Origin: a virus
Direction: 5' to 3' (one strand)
Virus record (IMG/VR): IMGVR_UViG_2974715202_000001
DNA: 64,000 bases
Both the position numbers and the translations under genes were made by a program. Of the stretch, positions 7,547 to 17,354 are shown in pieces. Within the stretch, counting starts at the first letter, position 1; the number at the start of each line of letters is the position of its first letter. The notes beneath the pieces are model-generated. The model did no database searches, had not been told where the DNA came from, and saw only the letters and a program-made list of their open reading frames with translations.

Positions 7547-9844
7547 ATGTTTAAACTTTCCTGGATATTCGGGCGCAAAAAGGATAATGCTGCCTGTTCT
7601 GAATCGGCGCCGGAGAAAGTCGCACAAATCCCTCAACACGATCCGCTCGACCCCATGATCAAGCTGGGAAGGATTCGCGGCTGGAACGTCGAGCCGGAGA
7701 AAGCCCCGGTCATTCGTAGTGTGAAAGATTTCCTGGAACCGGGCCTATCTGTCGCAATGGATAGTGCGTATGGTGATGGACCAACCCCGGCCGCGAAGGC
7801 TGCTGCGGGCGGCCAGAATCCCTATGTCGTCCCGACTATGTTGCAGGACTGGTACAATTCCCAAGGGTTCATCGGATACCAAGCTTGCGCAATCATTTCC
7901 CAACACTGGTTGGTGGACAAAGCTTGTTCCATGTCTGGGGAAGACGCAGCACGGAACGGATGGGAACTCAAATCGGACGGCAGGAAGCTATCCGATGAAC
8001 AAAGCGCGCTGATCGCCCGGCGCGACATGGAGTTTCGCGTCAAAGACAACCTCGTCGAACTCAACAGATTCAAGAACGTTTTCGGCGTTCGCATCGCGCT
8101 GTTCGTTGTGGAGTCTGACGATCCGGACTACTACGAAAAACCGTTCAATCCGGATGGAATCACGCCCGGCTCCTACAAGGGAATCTCCCAGATCGATCCA
8201 TACTGGGCGATGCCGCAGCTCACTGCCGGCTCGACGGCCGATCCGTCTTCCGAACATTTCTATGAGCCGGATTTCTGGATTATCAGCGGGAAGAAATATC
8301 ATCGCAGCCATCTAGTAGTCGTTCGCGGACCGCAGCCGCCAGACATCCTGAAGCCTACATACATCTTCGGCGGTATCCCGCTCACCCAGAGAATCTATGA
8401 GCGCGTGTATGCGGCGGAACGGACGGCGAACGAAGCCCCGCTGCTTGCCATGTCGAAGCGAACCAGCACCATTCACGTTGACGTGGAAAAGGCCATCGCG
8501 AATGAAGACGCTTTCAACGCTCGCCTGGCGTTCTGGATTGCCAATCGCGATAACCACGGCGTGAAAGTCTTGGGTACTGATGAAAGCATGGAGCAGTTCG
8601 ACACGAACCTTGCCGACTTCGACAGCATCATCATGAACCAATATCAGCTGGTCGCTGCCATCGCCAAGACTCCAGCTACGAAGCTCCTCGGCACTTCTCC
8701 AAAAGGATTCAATGCCACTGGTGAGCACGAAACGATTTCTTATCACGAAGAACTGGAGTCCATTCAAGAGCACATATTCGACCCACTTCTTGAACGCCAC
8801 TATTTGCTTCTGGCGAAGTCGGAAGAAATCGATGTGCAGCTGGAAATCGTCTGGAACCCTGTGGACTCCACGTCCAGCCAGCAACAAGCCGAATTGAACA
8901 ATAAGAAAGCCGCGACCGATGAAATCTACATCAACTCTGGCGTTGTGTCGCCGGATGAAGTTCGCGAGCGTCTGCGCGACGATCCGCGTTCCGGCTACAA
9001 CCGACTCACCGACGATCAGGCAGAAACCGAACCGGGCATGTCTCCGGAAAACCTGGCCGAATTCGAGAAGGCCGGTGCACAGTCGGCCAAGGCGAAAGGC
9101 GAAGCCGAGCGAGCCGAAGCCCAGGCGGGCGCCGTAGAGGGCGCAGGCGCCCCGGTTCCCGCCGCTCCACGCGGGACTAAGCCTCTCGCGAAAGCGGCCG
9201 AGGAAGGGGCCAGCGAGGCCGCTGAACCGCCGTCGCGGCCGGACCCCAAGGCCGAGCTGCGGAACTTGTTGGTCGATCTTTTATCGAAGCTCCAAGACCT
9301 GGACGACATTAAGGCGCCGGACGGCGTAGACATAGAGTACAATGATGCGCCTGGCTTAAAGCGCACGTCCAAACCTGGCGTGTCTGGCATGGAGCCTTCG
9401 GTGTTTTCGTCCAACCGCATCGTCGGGCCTCGTGATCATTCGGAACTCCAGAGAATCAAGGTGAATGGAATAACCACCTTGATCGAAAATCCGCGCGGAA
9501 GCATTCGGCAAGGAAAGGATGGGAGTTGGCGAGTTCAGATGAAACACCACTACGGGTTCATCAAGGGAACGAAAGGCGCTGATGGGGATGAAGTCGATTG
9601 CTTCGTCGGTCCGAATCTGGGATCCAAACGGGTCTTCGTCGTCAACCAGGTGAACAAGGAAGGTCAGTTTGACGAGCACAAGTGCATGCTCGGCTTCAAC
9701 AACATCAACGATGCGAAGTCTGGATATCTGTCCTGCTTCCGCCCAGGTTGGGATGGTCTCGGCTCCATACATGAAGTTGACCTACCCGCGTTCCGTCGCT
9801 GGCTGGCGAACGGCGACACAACCAAACCGTTCGGGGGCGAGTGA
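7547..9844 (+). CDS. Portal protein (DUF1073-like) with acidic/Pro linker and C-terminal InPase-like domain
   Basis: First gene of the head operon. Portal motifs LAAIAKTPATKLLGTSPKGFNATGE; C-terminal ENPRGSIR..HYGFIKGT.GADGDEVDCF. Confidence 0.85.
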   Translation: MFKLSWIFGRKKDNAACSESAPEKVAQIPQHDPLDPMIKLGRIRGWNVEPEKAPVIRSVKDFLEPGLSVAMDSAYGDGPTPAAKAAAGGQNPYVVPTMLQDWYNSQGFIGYQACAIISQHWLVDKACSMSGEDAARNGWELKSDGRKLSDEQSALIARRDMEFRVKDNLVELNRFKNVFGVRIALFVVESDDPDYYEKPFNPDGITPGSYKGISQIDPYWAMPQLTAGSTADPSSEHFYEPDFWIISGKKYHRSHLVVVRGPQPPDILKPTYIFGGIPLTQRIYERVYAAERTANEAPLLAMSKRTSTIHVDVEKAIANEDAFNARLAFWIANRDNHGVKVLGTDESMEQFDTNLADFDSIIMNQYQLVAAIAKTPATKLLGTSPKGFNATGEHETISYHEELESIQEHIFDPLLERHYLLLAKSEEIDVQLEIVWNPVDSTSSQQQAELNNKKAATDEIYINSGVVSPDEVRERLRDDPRSGYNRLTDDQAETEPGMSPENLAEFEKAGAQSAKAKGEAERAEAQAGAVEGAGAPVPAAPRGTKPLAKAAEEGASEAAEPPSRPDPKAELRNLLVDLLSKLQDLDDIKAPDGVDIEYNDAPGLKRTSKPGVSGMEPSVFSSNRIVGPRDHSELQRIKVNGITTLIENPRGSIRQGKDGSWRVQMKHHYGFIKGTKGADGDEVDCFVGPNLGSKRVFVVNQVNKEGQFDEHKCMLGFNNINDAKSGYLSCFRPGWDGLGSIHEVDLPAFRRWLANGDTTKPFGGE

Positions 9845-10680
9845 TGGCATTCAAGGCCTCCAAAAAGCGCGAACGCCGGGCACCTCTTCCAGTCGGAAGA
9901 GGGAAGCCCATAATTCCATCGGCAGGAATCGAGGCCTGGTATCGAAAGCAGATGAAGGATATGTCCAAGCTCATGATCGCCGACTATCGAAGCGAGATTG
10001 AGAATGCACTGTCCCAGCCTGCGGCCGAACGGTTCTTCGCCAGCGACGAATCCGTGAACGTCCTGTTCCAGATGACCCTTCGAAGCCTACAGCAGCGATG
10101 GAGCCGCATTTTTGAAGGCTTCGCGGCCAAGATCGCCCCGGAGTTCGTCAACCGGACCGAAGAAGCCGCCACCGCCGCGACCCTTCACAGCTTGTCGGTG
10201 GCCGGCGTCGATCAGCCACGAGCTGCGTATAATGAGAGCGTCAGGAACACCCTGGAGGCCGCAACCACTTACAATCATACTCTCATCACCAAGATCCAAG
10301 AGGAAGTCCACGAGAAGATTTACACATCAGTAATGCTGTCTCTGACTTCCCCGAATCCGGAAGAGCAAGGAGCTTCCGGCATAACTAACGCACTTCGCAA
10401 AGTCGGGAAGTTTTCTGAAGATCGAATCGAACTCATCGCAAGAGATCAAACCAGCAAGCTTTACAGTTCTCTGAGCGATGAGAGAATGGCGGAAAATGGC
10501 GTCGAGGAGTTCGAGTGGCTACACTCTTCTGCCGGCAAGACTCCTCGCCACACCCACCTGGAGAAAGATGGGAAGAGGTTCAAGCTGAATGACCCCAGAC
10601 TTTGGGAGGGTCCGAAAGCAGACCAGGGGCCGCCAGGATGGGCGATTAACTGTAGATGCAGAAAGATACCAGTCATTTGA
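9844..10680 (+). CDS. Minor head morphogenesis protein (Mu gpF / SPP1 gp7-like)
   Basis: IARDQTSKL, R..H...DGK and PG..INCRC motifs; follows the portal gene. Confidence 0.85.
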   Translation: MAFKASKKRERRAPLPVGRGKPIIPSAGIEAWYRKQMKDMSKLMIADYRSEIENALSQPAAERFFASDESVNVLFQMTLRSLQQRWSRIFEGFAAKIAPEFVNRTEEAATAATLHSLSVAGVDQPRAAYNESVRNTLEAATTYNHTLITKIQEEVHEKIYTSVMLSLTSPNPEEQGASGITNALRKVGKFSEDRIELIARDQTSKLYSSLSDERMAENGVEEFEWLHSSAGKTPRHTHLEKDGKRFKLNDPRLWEGPKADQGPPGWAINCRCRKIPVI

Positions 10681-10698
10681 CATCGATAGGAGCGCTAT

Positions 10699-10905
10699 AT
10701 GCCGTTAGTTCATGGCACTTCCAATGAGGCTCGTTCTGAAAACATCAAGCGGGAAATCGAAGCCGGTAAAGACCCAAAGCAGGCTGCGGCCATCGCTTAT
10801 TCCATCCAGCGCAGTGAGAAAGGGAAGACGGCGAAAGATTGTTCGCCTAAGCTCGTCGCCGATCTTCGCGCCCTGGTGGACGCTCTGTCGAGGCTCGTGA
10901 AATGA
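10699..10905 (+). CDS. Small head-module protein, 68 aa
   Basis: [30 protein letters not shown] pattern is common next to head genes. Confidence 0.75.
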   Translation: MPLVHGTSNEARSENIKREIEAGKDPKQAAAIAYSIQRSEKGKTAKDCSPKLVADLRALVDALSRLVK

Positions 10906-11042
10906 ACCGCAAGACGTGCCGGCGCCGACTCGTGGTCGATGTAATCAGGGCCAATATTCACGGCGGATTCTTCAGCCTGAAGTTTGCCGCCATCGATTTG
11001 GCAATCATCGGCTTCGCCATCTTGATGGCTTTTGGCCGATAA
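10902..11042 (+). CDS. Small membrane peptide, 46 aa
   Basis: Translated by hand: [50 protein letters not shown] overlap. Confidence 0.55.
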   Translation: MNRKTCRRRLVVDVIRANIHGGFFSLKFAAIDLAIIGFAILMAFGR

Positions 11043-11089
11043 TGCTGAGAAAATCTGGATTCTGACTAAAAATTCTAGTCCGGATAGCC

Positions 11090-11430
11090 GCAAATTACCG
11101 TTTACGGAAAATAGCAGTAATTTGGAAATCCTACTGCCGCGAGGCTTTAACAGAGCCAGTTCCTAATTTCCGATTTAGCCGCATGCTTCAAAAGTATATA
11201 GCCTGGGAAATTAGAAGTAACGTTCCAATAGAATTCATCTATAAGTAACGCTATAATATAACGTCAATCTATATACTCTAGACGTATTGAAATTCAATTT
11301 TTAATCGGTAAATTGGTAATTTGAATTAGTTTAGGAGTTGAAAGCCTCGCGGCAGTAGGCTTAGACAAATCCCGTCAAGTTTCCGAGACCAAATTACCGG
11401 ATTTTCGCGGCTGAGGAAACTGGTAATTAG
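11090..11430. repeat. AT-rich non-coding element A (origin-like), homologous to 57150-57480
   Basis: 19-bp perfect inverted repeat (11130-11148 / 11341-11359), several GGTAATT and TCGCGGC repeats, and 44/49 nt identity of 11338-11386 to 57368-57416. Confidence 0.8.
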
Positions 11431-11493
11431 ATCACAATACAAATTATAATGTAAGTTAACAGTCGCGGCTACATCTAATTATTGTTCCGCTTA

Positions 11494-11522
11494 TTTACCC
11501 TTAGATGTACTGCGTATATAAT
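11494..11522 (+). promoter_or_regulatory. Promoter of the capsid operon
   Basis: TTTACC, 17 nt, TATAAT; overlapped by a 9-bp inverted repeat (11470-11478 / 11501-11509). Confidence 0.7.
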
Positions 11523-11554
11523 ACAGCCATAGTCCACGACTCTTCGAATTAACG

Positions 11555-12988
11555 ATGGCAAAGTCGAAAAGAAAAATTGACGAAAATGGATATATGACCA
11601 TAGAGGGCTGCCCGATCAGCTCTTATGGCGTTTTCCAATATTCTGCTGGTCAACTCGGTCTTCCGGGCGATCCGACGCGGATTGTCAACGTATATCGCCC
11701 GGAGTCTGCCGTCAGCGATCCGGAGTACATCGAATCTCTGAAGAATCTCCCGTTGATCGACGAGCATGAGATGCTGTCGGGATTCGACGATGATGACGAT
11801 AGCGTGGCCCCCGAAGACAAAGGGGTGGAGGGCATCATCACATCCAACGCTTACTACGAAGCCCCATGGGCACGCGGCGATATCCGCATCTATTCCCGCA
11901 ACATGCAGAATCAGCTGGAAAGGGGCAAAGAAGACCTGTCCCTAGGCTATAGTTGCCGCTACACTGAGCAACCCGGCATCTGGAACGGAACGCCTTATGA
12001 AGTCGTCCAGGACAAGATGCGCGGCAACCACATTGCCCTGGTAAAAGAGGGTCGTGTGCCGGGGGCCAGAGTATTGGATGGTCTGTGTTTTGACCATCTC
12101 AGTTTTGATTTCAGACCATCCGATGAGGGTAATGAAATGAGTCTCAAGAAAGCCAAGCGGAAGCCCCCTGTCCAGCGCGTAGGGCAAGCTGCTGACTCGG
12201 CGGTCGAAGAGTTGCGCGCCCTGTGGCCGAAGCTATCTGCGTCTGTCCAGAAGTTCCTGGGCGAAGAAGAGCAGGAGCCGGAGCATCAGGAAGGCGCAAC
12301 TCCGGCCGAACCGACCGACAGCGAGCACCTGACCGAGCATCCGACTCTGGAAGGTGCTCAGAAGGATGACGAAGAGCAGGAAGAGGAGCCTTCCGTTGTC
12401 GATCCGGCCGTGGCCGCCGTCGAGCCGGAGCATCAAGAAAGCGCCGCATCCGAAATGTCCGGTGAAGGCGAAGTCGCCGAACTGATCTCTCAGGTCAAAG
12501 CCATTCTGGCTCGACTGGAGGGCACGGTAGCCGAAGGGGCAGACGAAGAGCATGGCGAAGGTCAAGATGTCGTCGAGGGCTTGGAGGAGCAGAGCAGCCT
12601 CAGCGGCTCGCAAACCGCCAGCGACGATGGTGGTGAGAGCAAGGATAACAGCGAGGAACTTCCTGAAATGGCACAGAAGAACGCGCAAGATGCTGCAATT
12701 CGCGGTCTCTATCGCGACATTGCTGCTAAAGATCGCCTCTACAAGCGTCTTAGCTCCGTGGTTGGTGCGTTCGATCACCGAGCTATGGACTCGGCTGAAG
12801 TCGCTGTTTACGGCGTGAAAAAGCTGAACATCAGCTGTGCGAAGGGCCAGGAAGCTCTGGCGCTCGACATGTACCTGAAAGGCGTCGAAGCCTCGCGCGG
12901 CGCGGCCAGCCGTCAATCGAAAGCCCAGGATTCGGCCGGTTCTGCTCCGCAGTGTGCCGAGCTGGACAGCTACCTGAAGGGGGAGTAA
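11555..12988 (+). CDS. Head maturation protease/scaffold (DUF2213-like)
   Basis: N-terminal G++.Y..G.LG, V.V.RP, LSLGY.C and GNHIALV..GR motifs; long acidic scaffold region. Confidence 0.85.
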   Translation: MAKSKRKIDENGYMTIEGCPISSYGVFQYSAGQLGLPGDPTRIVNVYRPESAVSDPEYIESLKNLPLIDEHEMLSGFDDDDDSVAPEDKGVEGIITSNAYYEAPWARGDIRIYSRNMQNQLERGKEDLSLGYSCRYTEQPGIWNGTPYEVVQDKMRGNHIALVKEGRVPGARVLDGLCFDHLSFDFRPSDEGNEMSLKKAKRKPPVQRVGQAADSAVEELRALWPKLSASVQKFLGEEEQEPEHQEGATPAEPTDSEHLTEHPTLEGAQKDDEEQEEEPSVVDPAVAAVEPEHQESAASEMSGEGEVAELISQVKAILARLEGTVAEGADEEHGEGQDVVEGLEEQSSLSGSQTASDDGGESKDNSEELPEMAQKNAQDAAIRGLYRDIAAKDRLYKRLSSVVGAFDHRAMDSAEVAVYGVKKLNISCAKGQEALALDMYLKGVEASRGAASRQSKAQDSAGSAPQCAELDSYLKGE

Positions 12989-12991
12989 CTC

Positions 12992-13627
12992 ATGTTCCAG
13001 AAACAAGTTTACCGCCAGTACACTCCTGGTTTTCCGGGCGATCTGATCGAGGACGGCCCGAAGCGGGCGCGGCCGGGTCGAATCATGGCTCTGTCGGCCG
13101 TAACTCCGGCTGCCACCGCCACCGGCCCCAACCGCATCAGTCGCGCTTTCGGTTATGCCGGTGACGTCAGCGCCCTCGGCGAAGGTCAGCCGAAGACCAT
13201 CGCGGCTCGTGCTTCTGAAGTCGTGATCGGCGGCGCCAACTTCTTTGGTGTCCTCGGTCATCCGAAGCACTATGCTCTGTTCGGTTCGGCCGGAGACTCC
13301 CTGGCTCCCAGCTATGATCTGCCCGATGGCGCCGAAGGCGAGTTCTTCGATATGGCCACCGGCCTGGTCGTCGAAATTTTCAACGGCGCCGCAACCGCCC
13401 TGGACCTGGACTATGGTGACCTGGTCGCCTATGTCCCCAACAACCTGGCTACCGCCGACAACGCGCTTGGCCTGCCGGCCGGCGCCCTGGTTGGCTTCAA
13501 GGCTGGCTCCATGCCGACCGGCTTGGTCCAGATTCCCAACGCACGCATCGTTAACGCCATCAGTCTGCCGGCCCAGTCGGCGGGGAATCTGGTTGCTGGC
13601 GTTACCATCGTCCAGCTCACGCAGTAA
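12992..13627 (+). CDS. Capsid decoration/cement protein
   Basis: Lies between protease and capsid genes; N-terminal FQKQV.......G..G typical of cement proteins. Confidence 0.7.
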   Translation: MFQKQVYRQYTPGFPGDLIEDGPKRARPGRIMALSAVTPAATATGPNRISRAFGYAGDVSALGEGQPKTIAARASEVVIGGANFFGVLGHPKHYALFGSAGDSLAPSYDLPDGAEGEFFDMATGLVVEIFNGAATALDLDYGDLVAYVPNNLATADNALGLPAGALVGFKAGSMPTGLVQIPNARIVNAISLPAQSAGNLVAGVTIVQLTQ

Positions 13628-13636
13628 GGAGGCGTC

Positions 13637-14785
13637 ATGAGCCAGATCAGCAAGACCCATTCGCGCCTCGCAGGCCGCAATGCGAAACCTTTCGACCTGA
13701 AAAACATCACCAATGACGCCGTGGCGTCTCTGCGCCGCATCGGCCTGGTATTCGATCACGCCGTCGTCCAGGACCAGATCAAGGCCTTGGCGAAGGCCGG
13801 CGCGTTCCGCTCCGGCTCGGCCATGGACAGCAACTTCACCGCCCCGGTGACCACGCCGTCCATCCCGACTCCCATCCAGTTCCTGCAGACCTGGTTGCCA
13901 GGCTTCGTGAAGGTCATGACCGCTGCACGGAAGATCGACGAAATCATCGGCATCGATACCGTTGGCTCCTGGGAAGATCAAGAAATCGTCCAGGGCATCG
14001 TGGAGCCGGCCGGCACTGCGGTGGAATACGGCGACCATACCAACATCCCGCTGACCAGCTGGAACGCCAACTTCGAACGCCGCACCATCGTTCGTGGCGA
14101 GCTGGGTATGATGGTGGGTACCCTGGAAGAGGGTCGCGCCTCGGCCATCCGTCTGAACAGCGCCGAAACCAAGCGCCAACAGGCGGCCATCGGTCTGGAA
14201 ATCTTCCGCAACGCCATCGGTTTCTACGGCTGGCAGAGCGGCCTGGGCAACCGCACCTATGGTTTCCTGAACGATCCCAACCTGCCGGCATTCCAGACCC
14301 CGCCGAGCCAGGGCTGGTCCACTGCCGACTGGGCAGGCATCATCGGCGACATCCGCGAGGCCGTTCGCCAGCTGCGTATTCAGAGCCAAGATCAGATCGA
14401 TCCGAAGGCGGAAAAGATCACCCTGGCCCTGGCCACCAGCAAGGTGGACTACCTGTCGGTAACCACGCCTTACGGCATTTCGGTTTCGGACTGGATCGAA
14501 CAGACCTATCCGAAAATGCGGATCGTGTCGGCTCCGGAATTGTCCGGCGTCCAGATGAAAAACCAAGAGCCGGAAGATGCTCTGGTGCTCTTCGTCGAAG
14601 ACGTGAACGCGGCCGTCGATGGCAGCACCGATGGCGGCAGCGTGTTCAGCCAGCTGGTACAGAGCAAGTTCATCACCCTGGGTGTCGAAAAGCGGGCGAA
14701 GTCGTACGTGGAAGACTTCTCCAACGGCACCGCCGGTGCGCTGTGCAAGCGTCCGTGGGCTGTGGTGCGCTACCTCGGCATCTAA
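13637..14785 (+). CDS. Major capsid protein (DUF2184-like, HK97 fold)
   Basis: 382 aa, strong RBS, highly biased codons, G.G...YGFLNDPN motif, followed by a terminator. Confidence 0.9.
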   Translation: MSQISKTHSRLAGRNAKPFDLKNITNDAVASLRRIGLVFDHAVVQDQIKALAKAGAFRSGSAMDSNFTAPVTTPSIPTPIQFLQTWLPGFVKVMTAARKIDEIIGIDTVGSWEDQEIVQGIVEPAGTAVEYGDHTNIPLTSWNANFERRTIVRGELGMMVGTLEEGRASAIRLNSAETKRQQAAIGLEIFRNAIGFYGWQSGLGNRTYGFLNDPNLPAFQTPPSQGWSTADWAGIIGDIREAVRQLRIQSQDQIDPKAEKITLALATSKVDYLSVTTPYGISVSDWIEQTYPKMRIVSAPELSGVQMKNQEPEDALVLFVEDVNAAVDGSTDGGSVFSQLVQSKFITLGVEKRAKSYVEDFSNGTAGALCKRPWAVVRYLGI

Positions 14786-14800
14786 CAGATGCCTATTCAC

Positions 14801-14828
14801 CAAAGGCCGGGCTTCCGGCCTTTGTTCA
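14801..14828 (+). terminator. Intrinsic terminator after the capsid gene
   Basis: CAAAGGCCGG-GCTT-CCGGCCTTTG followed by TT. Confidence 0.75.
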
Positions 14829-14886
14829 CTCTGACTCTAACTCGGTTGTAGGGGCCGGTTAGGGCATAATTACTAGGACTACGCCA

Positions 14887-15324
14887 ATGACTGTTTATAT
14901 CGTTTCCTCCATGACTCAATCGGTGTCTTACAATGCGTATGACACCTCTGATCCGTCCAATCCTCGCCTCCAGCGAAAGATTCTGATTCGCGGCCGCGCA
15001 GGCATCGCATCCGAAACTTCCGGCTTCGGCGACATGATTTCCGACGAGGCCGGACGTCCGATCTGGACCCCACAGGGCGATTGTACTGCCGTGAGCGATT
15101 CGGATTTCGAGCTGCTTCAGGCCAATAAGATTTTCATGCGTCACATGGAGAAGGGTTATCTGCGAGTCGTGAAGACCGACATCACCAGTGACCACCAGCG
15201 GATTTCCAAAGAGACTCGCACCATGGAGCGCGATGGATTCCAGCCTCTGGATGCTACTCGCCTGCAGCAGAAAATCAAGGTGACCACAGCCAGCGCTTCC
15301 CAGGAACAAGAGTTCCGGATTTAA
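14887..15324 (+). CDS. Virion-module protein, 145 aa
   Basis: ORF with RBS in the structural operon. Confidence 0.7.
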   Translation: MTVYIVSSMTQSVSYNAYDTSDPSNPRLQRKILIRGRAGIASETSGFGDMISDEAGRPIWTPQGDCTAVSDSDFELLQANKIFMRHMEKGYLRVVKTDITSDHQRISKETRTMERDGFQPLDATRLQQKIKVTTASASQEQEFRI

Positions 15325-15338
15325 CCGAGGGTTTCGGT

Positions 15339-15806
15339 ATGGTGATTTTCGACGAACATAAGTTTCGCACGCTGTTTCCGGAGTTTGCTGATCCAGCCGC
15401 TTATCCGGACGTGCGCCTGCAGATGTACTTCGACATTGCGTGCGAATTCATTTCTGATCGCGATTCGCCATACCGGATTCTCAATGGTAAAGCCCTGGAA
15501 GCCTGTCTGTATCTTCTGACCGCCCACCTCCTGTCGCTGTCCACGATGCAAGTTCAGGGCGCGGCTGGAGGTGGCGTCACTGCCGGTGGGACCCAGGGCG
15601 GTTTCATCACCAGCGCTACTGTCGGCGAGGTCAGCGTGGCCAAGCTCGCGCCCCCGGCCAAGAATGGTTGGCAGTGGTGGCTTTCCGGGACGCCTTATGG
15701 TCAAGAGTTGTGGGCGCTCCTCAGCGTCAAAGCGGTGGGCGGATTCTACATCGGCGGTCTTCCAGAGCGCCGAGGCTTCCGGAAGGTTGGAGGGACGTTC
15801 TGGTGA
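15339..15806 (+). CDS. Head-tail adaptor (DUF4054-like)
   Basis: F...FPEF, YL.TAH.L, VGEVSV and TPYGQ..W motifs. Confidence 0.8.
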   Translation: MVIFDEHKFRTLFPEFADPAAYPDVRLQMYFDIACEFISDRDSPYRILNGKALEACLYLLTAHLLSLSTMQVQGAAGGGVTAGGTQGGFITSATVGEVSVAKLAPPAKNGWQWWLSGTPYGQELWALLSVKAVGGFYIGGLPERRGFRKVGGTFW

Positions 15807-16201
15807 TCCCTGGTGCGAATCTTCTGCGAATGGCCTTCGGGGTCATCGGTACTCAAATTGTGAAATATCGCAAGTTTGAGCAGCGAGTGAAGAATGATCA
15901 AGCTCAGTACGTTTCCATGTTCGAGGAGCCTTTCGACCTGGCAGCGTCTGTTCAGCGAGTCCGACGCGATCAGTATGTCCAGTTTAATCTGGAGTTCCAA
16001 CGGAATTACGTTATGATCTTCGCCAACTTTGAGATGGTTGACTTGGATCGCGATGTGGCCGGTGACCAGTTCCTCTGGACCGGAAGAGTCTTTCAGCTGG
16101 AGTCTCAAGGCTCCTGGTTTTATCAGGACGGCTGGGGAGTTTGCCTGGCCGTGGATATCGGTGCGGCCAAGCTCACTGATGACGGGAAACCGACTTTCTA
16201 G
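15803..16201 (+). CDS. Head closure/neck protein, 132 aa
   Basis: GTG start overlapping the upstream TGA; MIPGANLL N-terminus; position. Confidence 0.7.
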   Translation: MIPGANLLRMAFGVIGTQIVKYRKFEQRVKNDQAQYVSMFEEPFDLAASVQRVRRDQYVQFNLEFQRNYVMIFANFEMVDLDRDVAGDQFLWTGRVFQLESQGSWFYQDGWGVCLAVDIGAAKLTDDGKPTF

Positions 16202-16208
16202 GTGATGT

Positions 16209-16760
16209 ATGTTTGACGGCGAACTGATAGCGAAACTGGTTGTCGAGTTGAATGCGGCGATGACATCTGCTCAAGAGGCTTTGCAGTTCCCGGATTTTGA
16301 AGTCGTCCAGAAAGCTCAGCCGACCCAACAGGGAACGTCAACCAGGCCGACCATCTTTTTCCAGAAACTGTTTGACATTCCTCGCGGCTGGCCTGCCACC
16401 GATTGGCACCTGGACAACACGGCCCGCAAATATGTAGAAATAACTCGACAGCATGTAGAGACGACTTTCCAGATCAGTTCCCTTCATTGGCAGAATCCTG
16501 AAATAACTCACGTGGTTACGGCTTCTGATATCGCCAACTATGTGAGGGCTTATTTCCAAGCTCGATCCACGATTGAGCGCGTAAAGGAACTGGACTTCCT
16601 CATTCTTCGCGTGTCTCAAATTTCCAACGAAGCATTCGAAAACGACAATCATCAATTCGAATTCCACCCAAGTTTTGACATGGTTGTAACTTACAATCAG
16701 TATATTCGTCTGCACGAAAACGCAGCATATTCGGCCGATGGGGTGTTGATAGGCATATGA
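16209..16760 (+). CDS. Neck/tail terminator protein
   Basis: Position between head closure and sheath genes; RBS AGGTG. Confidence 0.6.
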   Translation: MFDGELIAKLVVELNAAMTSAQEALQFPDFEVVQKAQPTQQGTSTRPTIFFQKLFDIPRGWPATDWHLDNTARKYVEITRQHVETTFQISSLHWQNPEITHVVTASDIANYVRAYFQARSTIERVKELDFLILRVSQISNEAFENDNHQFEFHPSFDMVVTYNQYIRLHENAAYSADGVLIGI

Positions 16761-17338
16761 GCCTGAGACGCGATTCAGAACTGATCGCCGCGCACTTGCA
16801 GATGTTAAGAGCAATGCGCGGCAGGTCCGTTTCGGCCGGATGGTATTCCACCGCTCGATATCCTGATAAGGCGGGCGGATCGGTCGGAATACAAGTCGCG
16901 AGAATCGCGCGCCTCAATGAGTACGGCGGAACTATCGACCATCCGGGCGGGACCAGGTATATTAGGGACGCCATTGTTCGGGGTCGGTTTGTTGGCGTTC
17001 GGTTCGTCAGAAACGATTTTCCGGGAGAAACCGAGGTGACAAAACCTCACCGGATCACAATCCCGGCTCGACCGTTTATGCGATATGCTTGGAACTTGTT
17101 TTCAGCAGATCGCGCCGCGATCCAAAATCGAATAGCCATGAGGCTGGCCAGAGGACAAATAACGCCGGATCAAGCTCTTGCCCAGATTGGCCTGGCGTTG
17201 GAAGGATACATAGCCAGAAGCATAAGGACCGGGCCATGGGTTGCTAACTCAGCATCTACGGTCAGGAGAAAGGGTTTTAACAGACCGCTGGTCGATACGG
17301 CTCACATGCTCCAGTCGATTAGCAGCAGAGTAACATAA
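16757..17338 (+). CDS. Neck/tail completion protein
   Basis: A.LNEYG, IPARPFMR and N...T..RKG.NRPLVDT motifs. Confidence 0.7.
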   Translation: MSLRRDSELIAAHLQMLRAMRGRSVSAGWYSTARYPDKAGGSVGIQVARIARLNEYGGTIDHPGGTRYIRDAIVRGRFVGVRFVRNDFPGETEVTKPHRITIPARPFMRYAWNLFSADRAAIQNRIAMRLARGQITPDQALAQIGLALEGYIARSIRTGPWVANSASTVRRKGFNRPLVDTAHMLQSISSRVT

Positions 17339-17354
17339 ACCAGGAGATCATCCA

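Noticed and set aside
11350-11380. TTGACG on the minus strand of elements A and B as a promoter
   Set aside because: No -10 hexamer at 16-18 nt in either copy.
12233-14803. 856-aa antisense ORF (also 701 aa at 17319-19424 and many other long shadow ORFs)
   Set aside because: These mirror highly expressed genes whose codon bias removes antisense stops. They have no RBS, motifs or operon logic.
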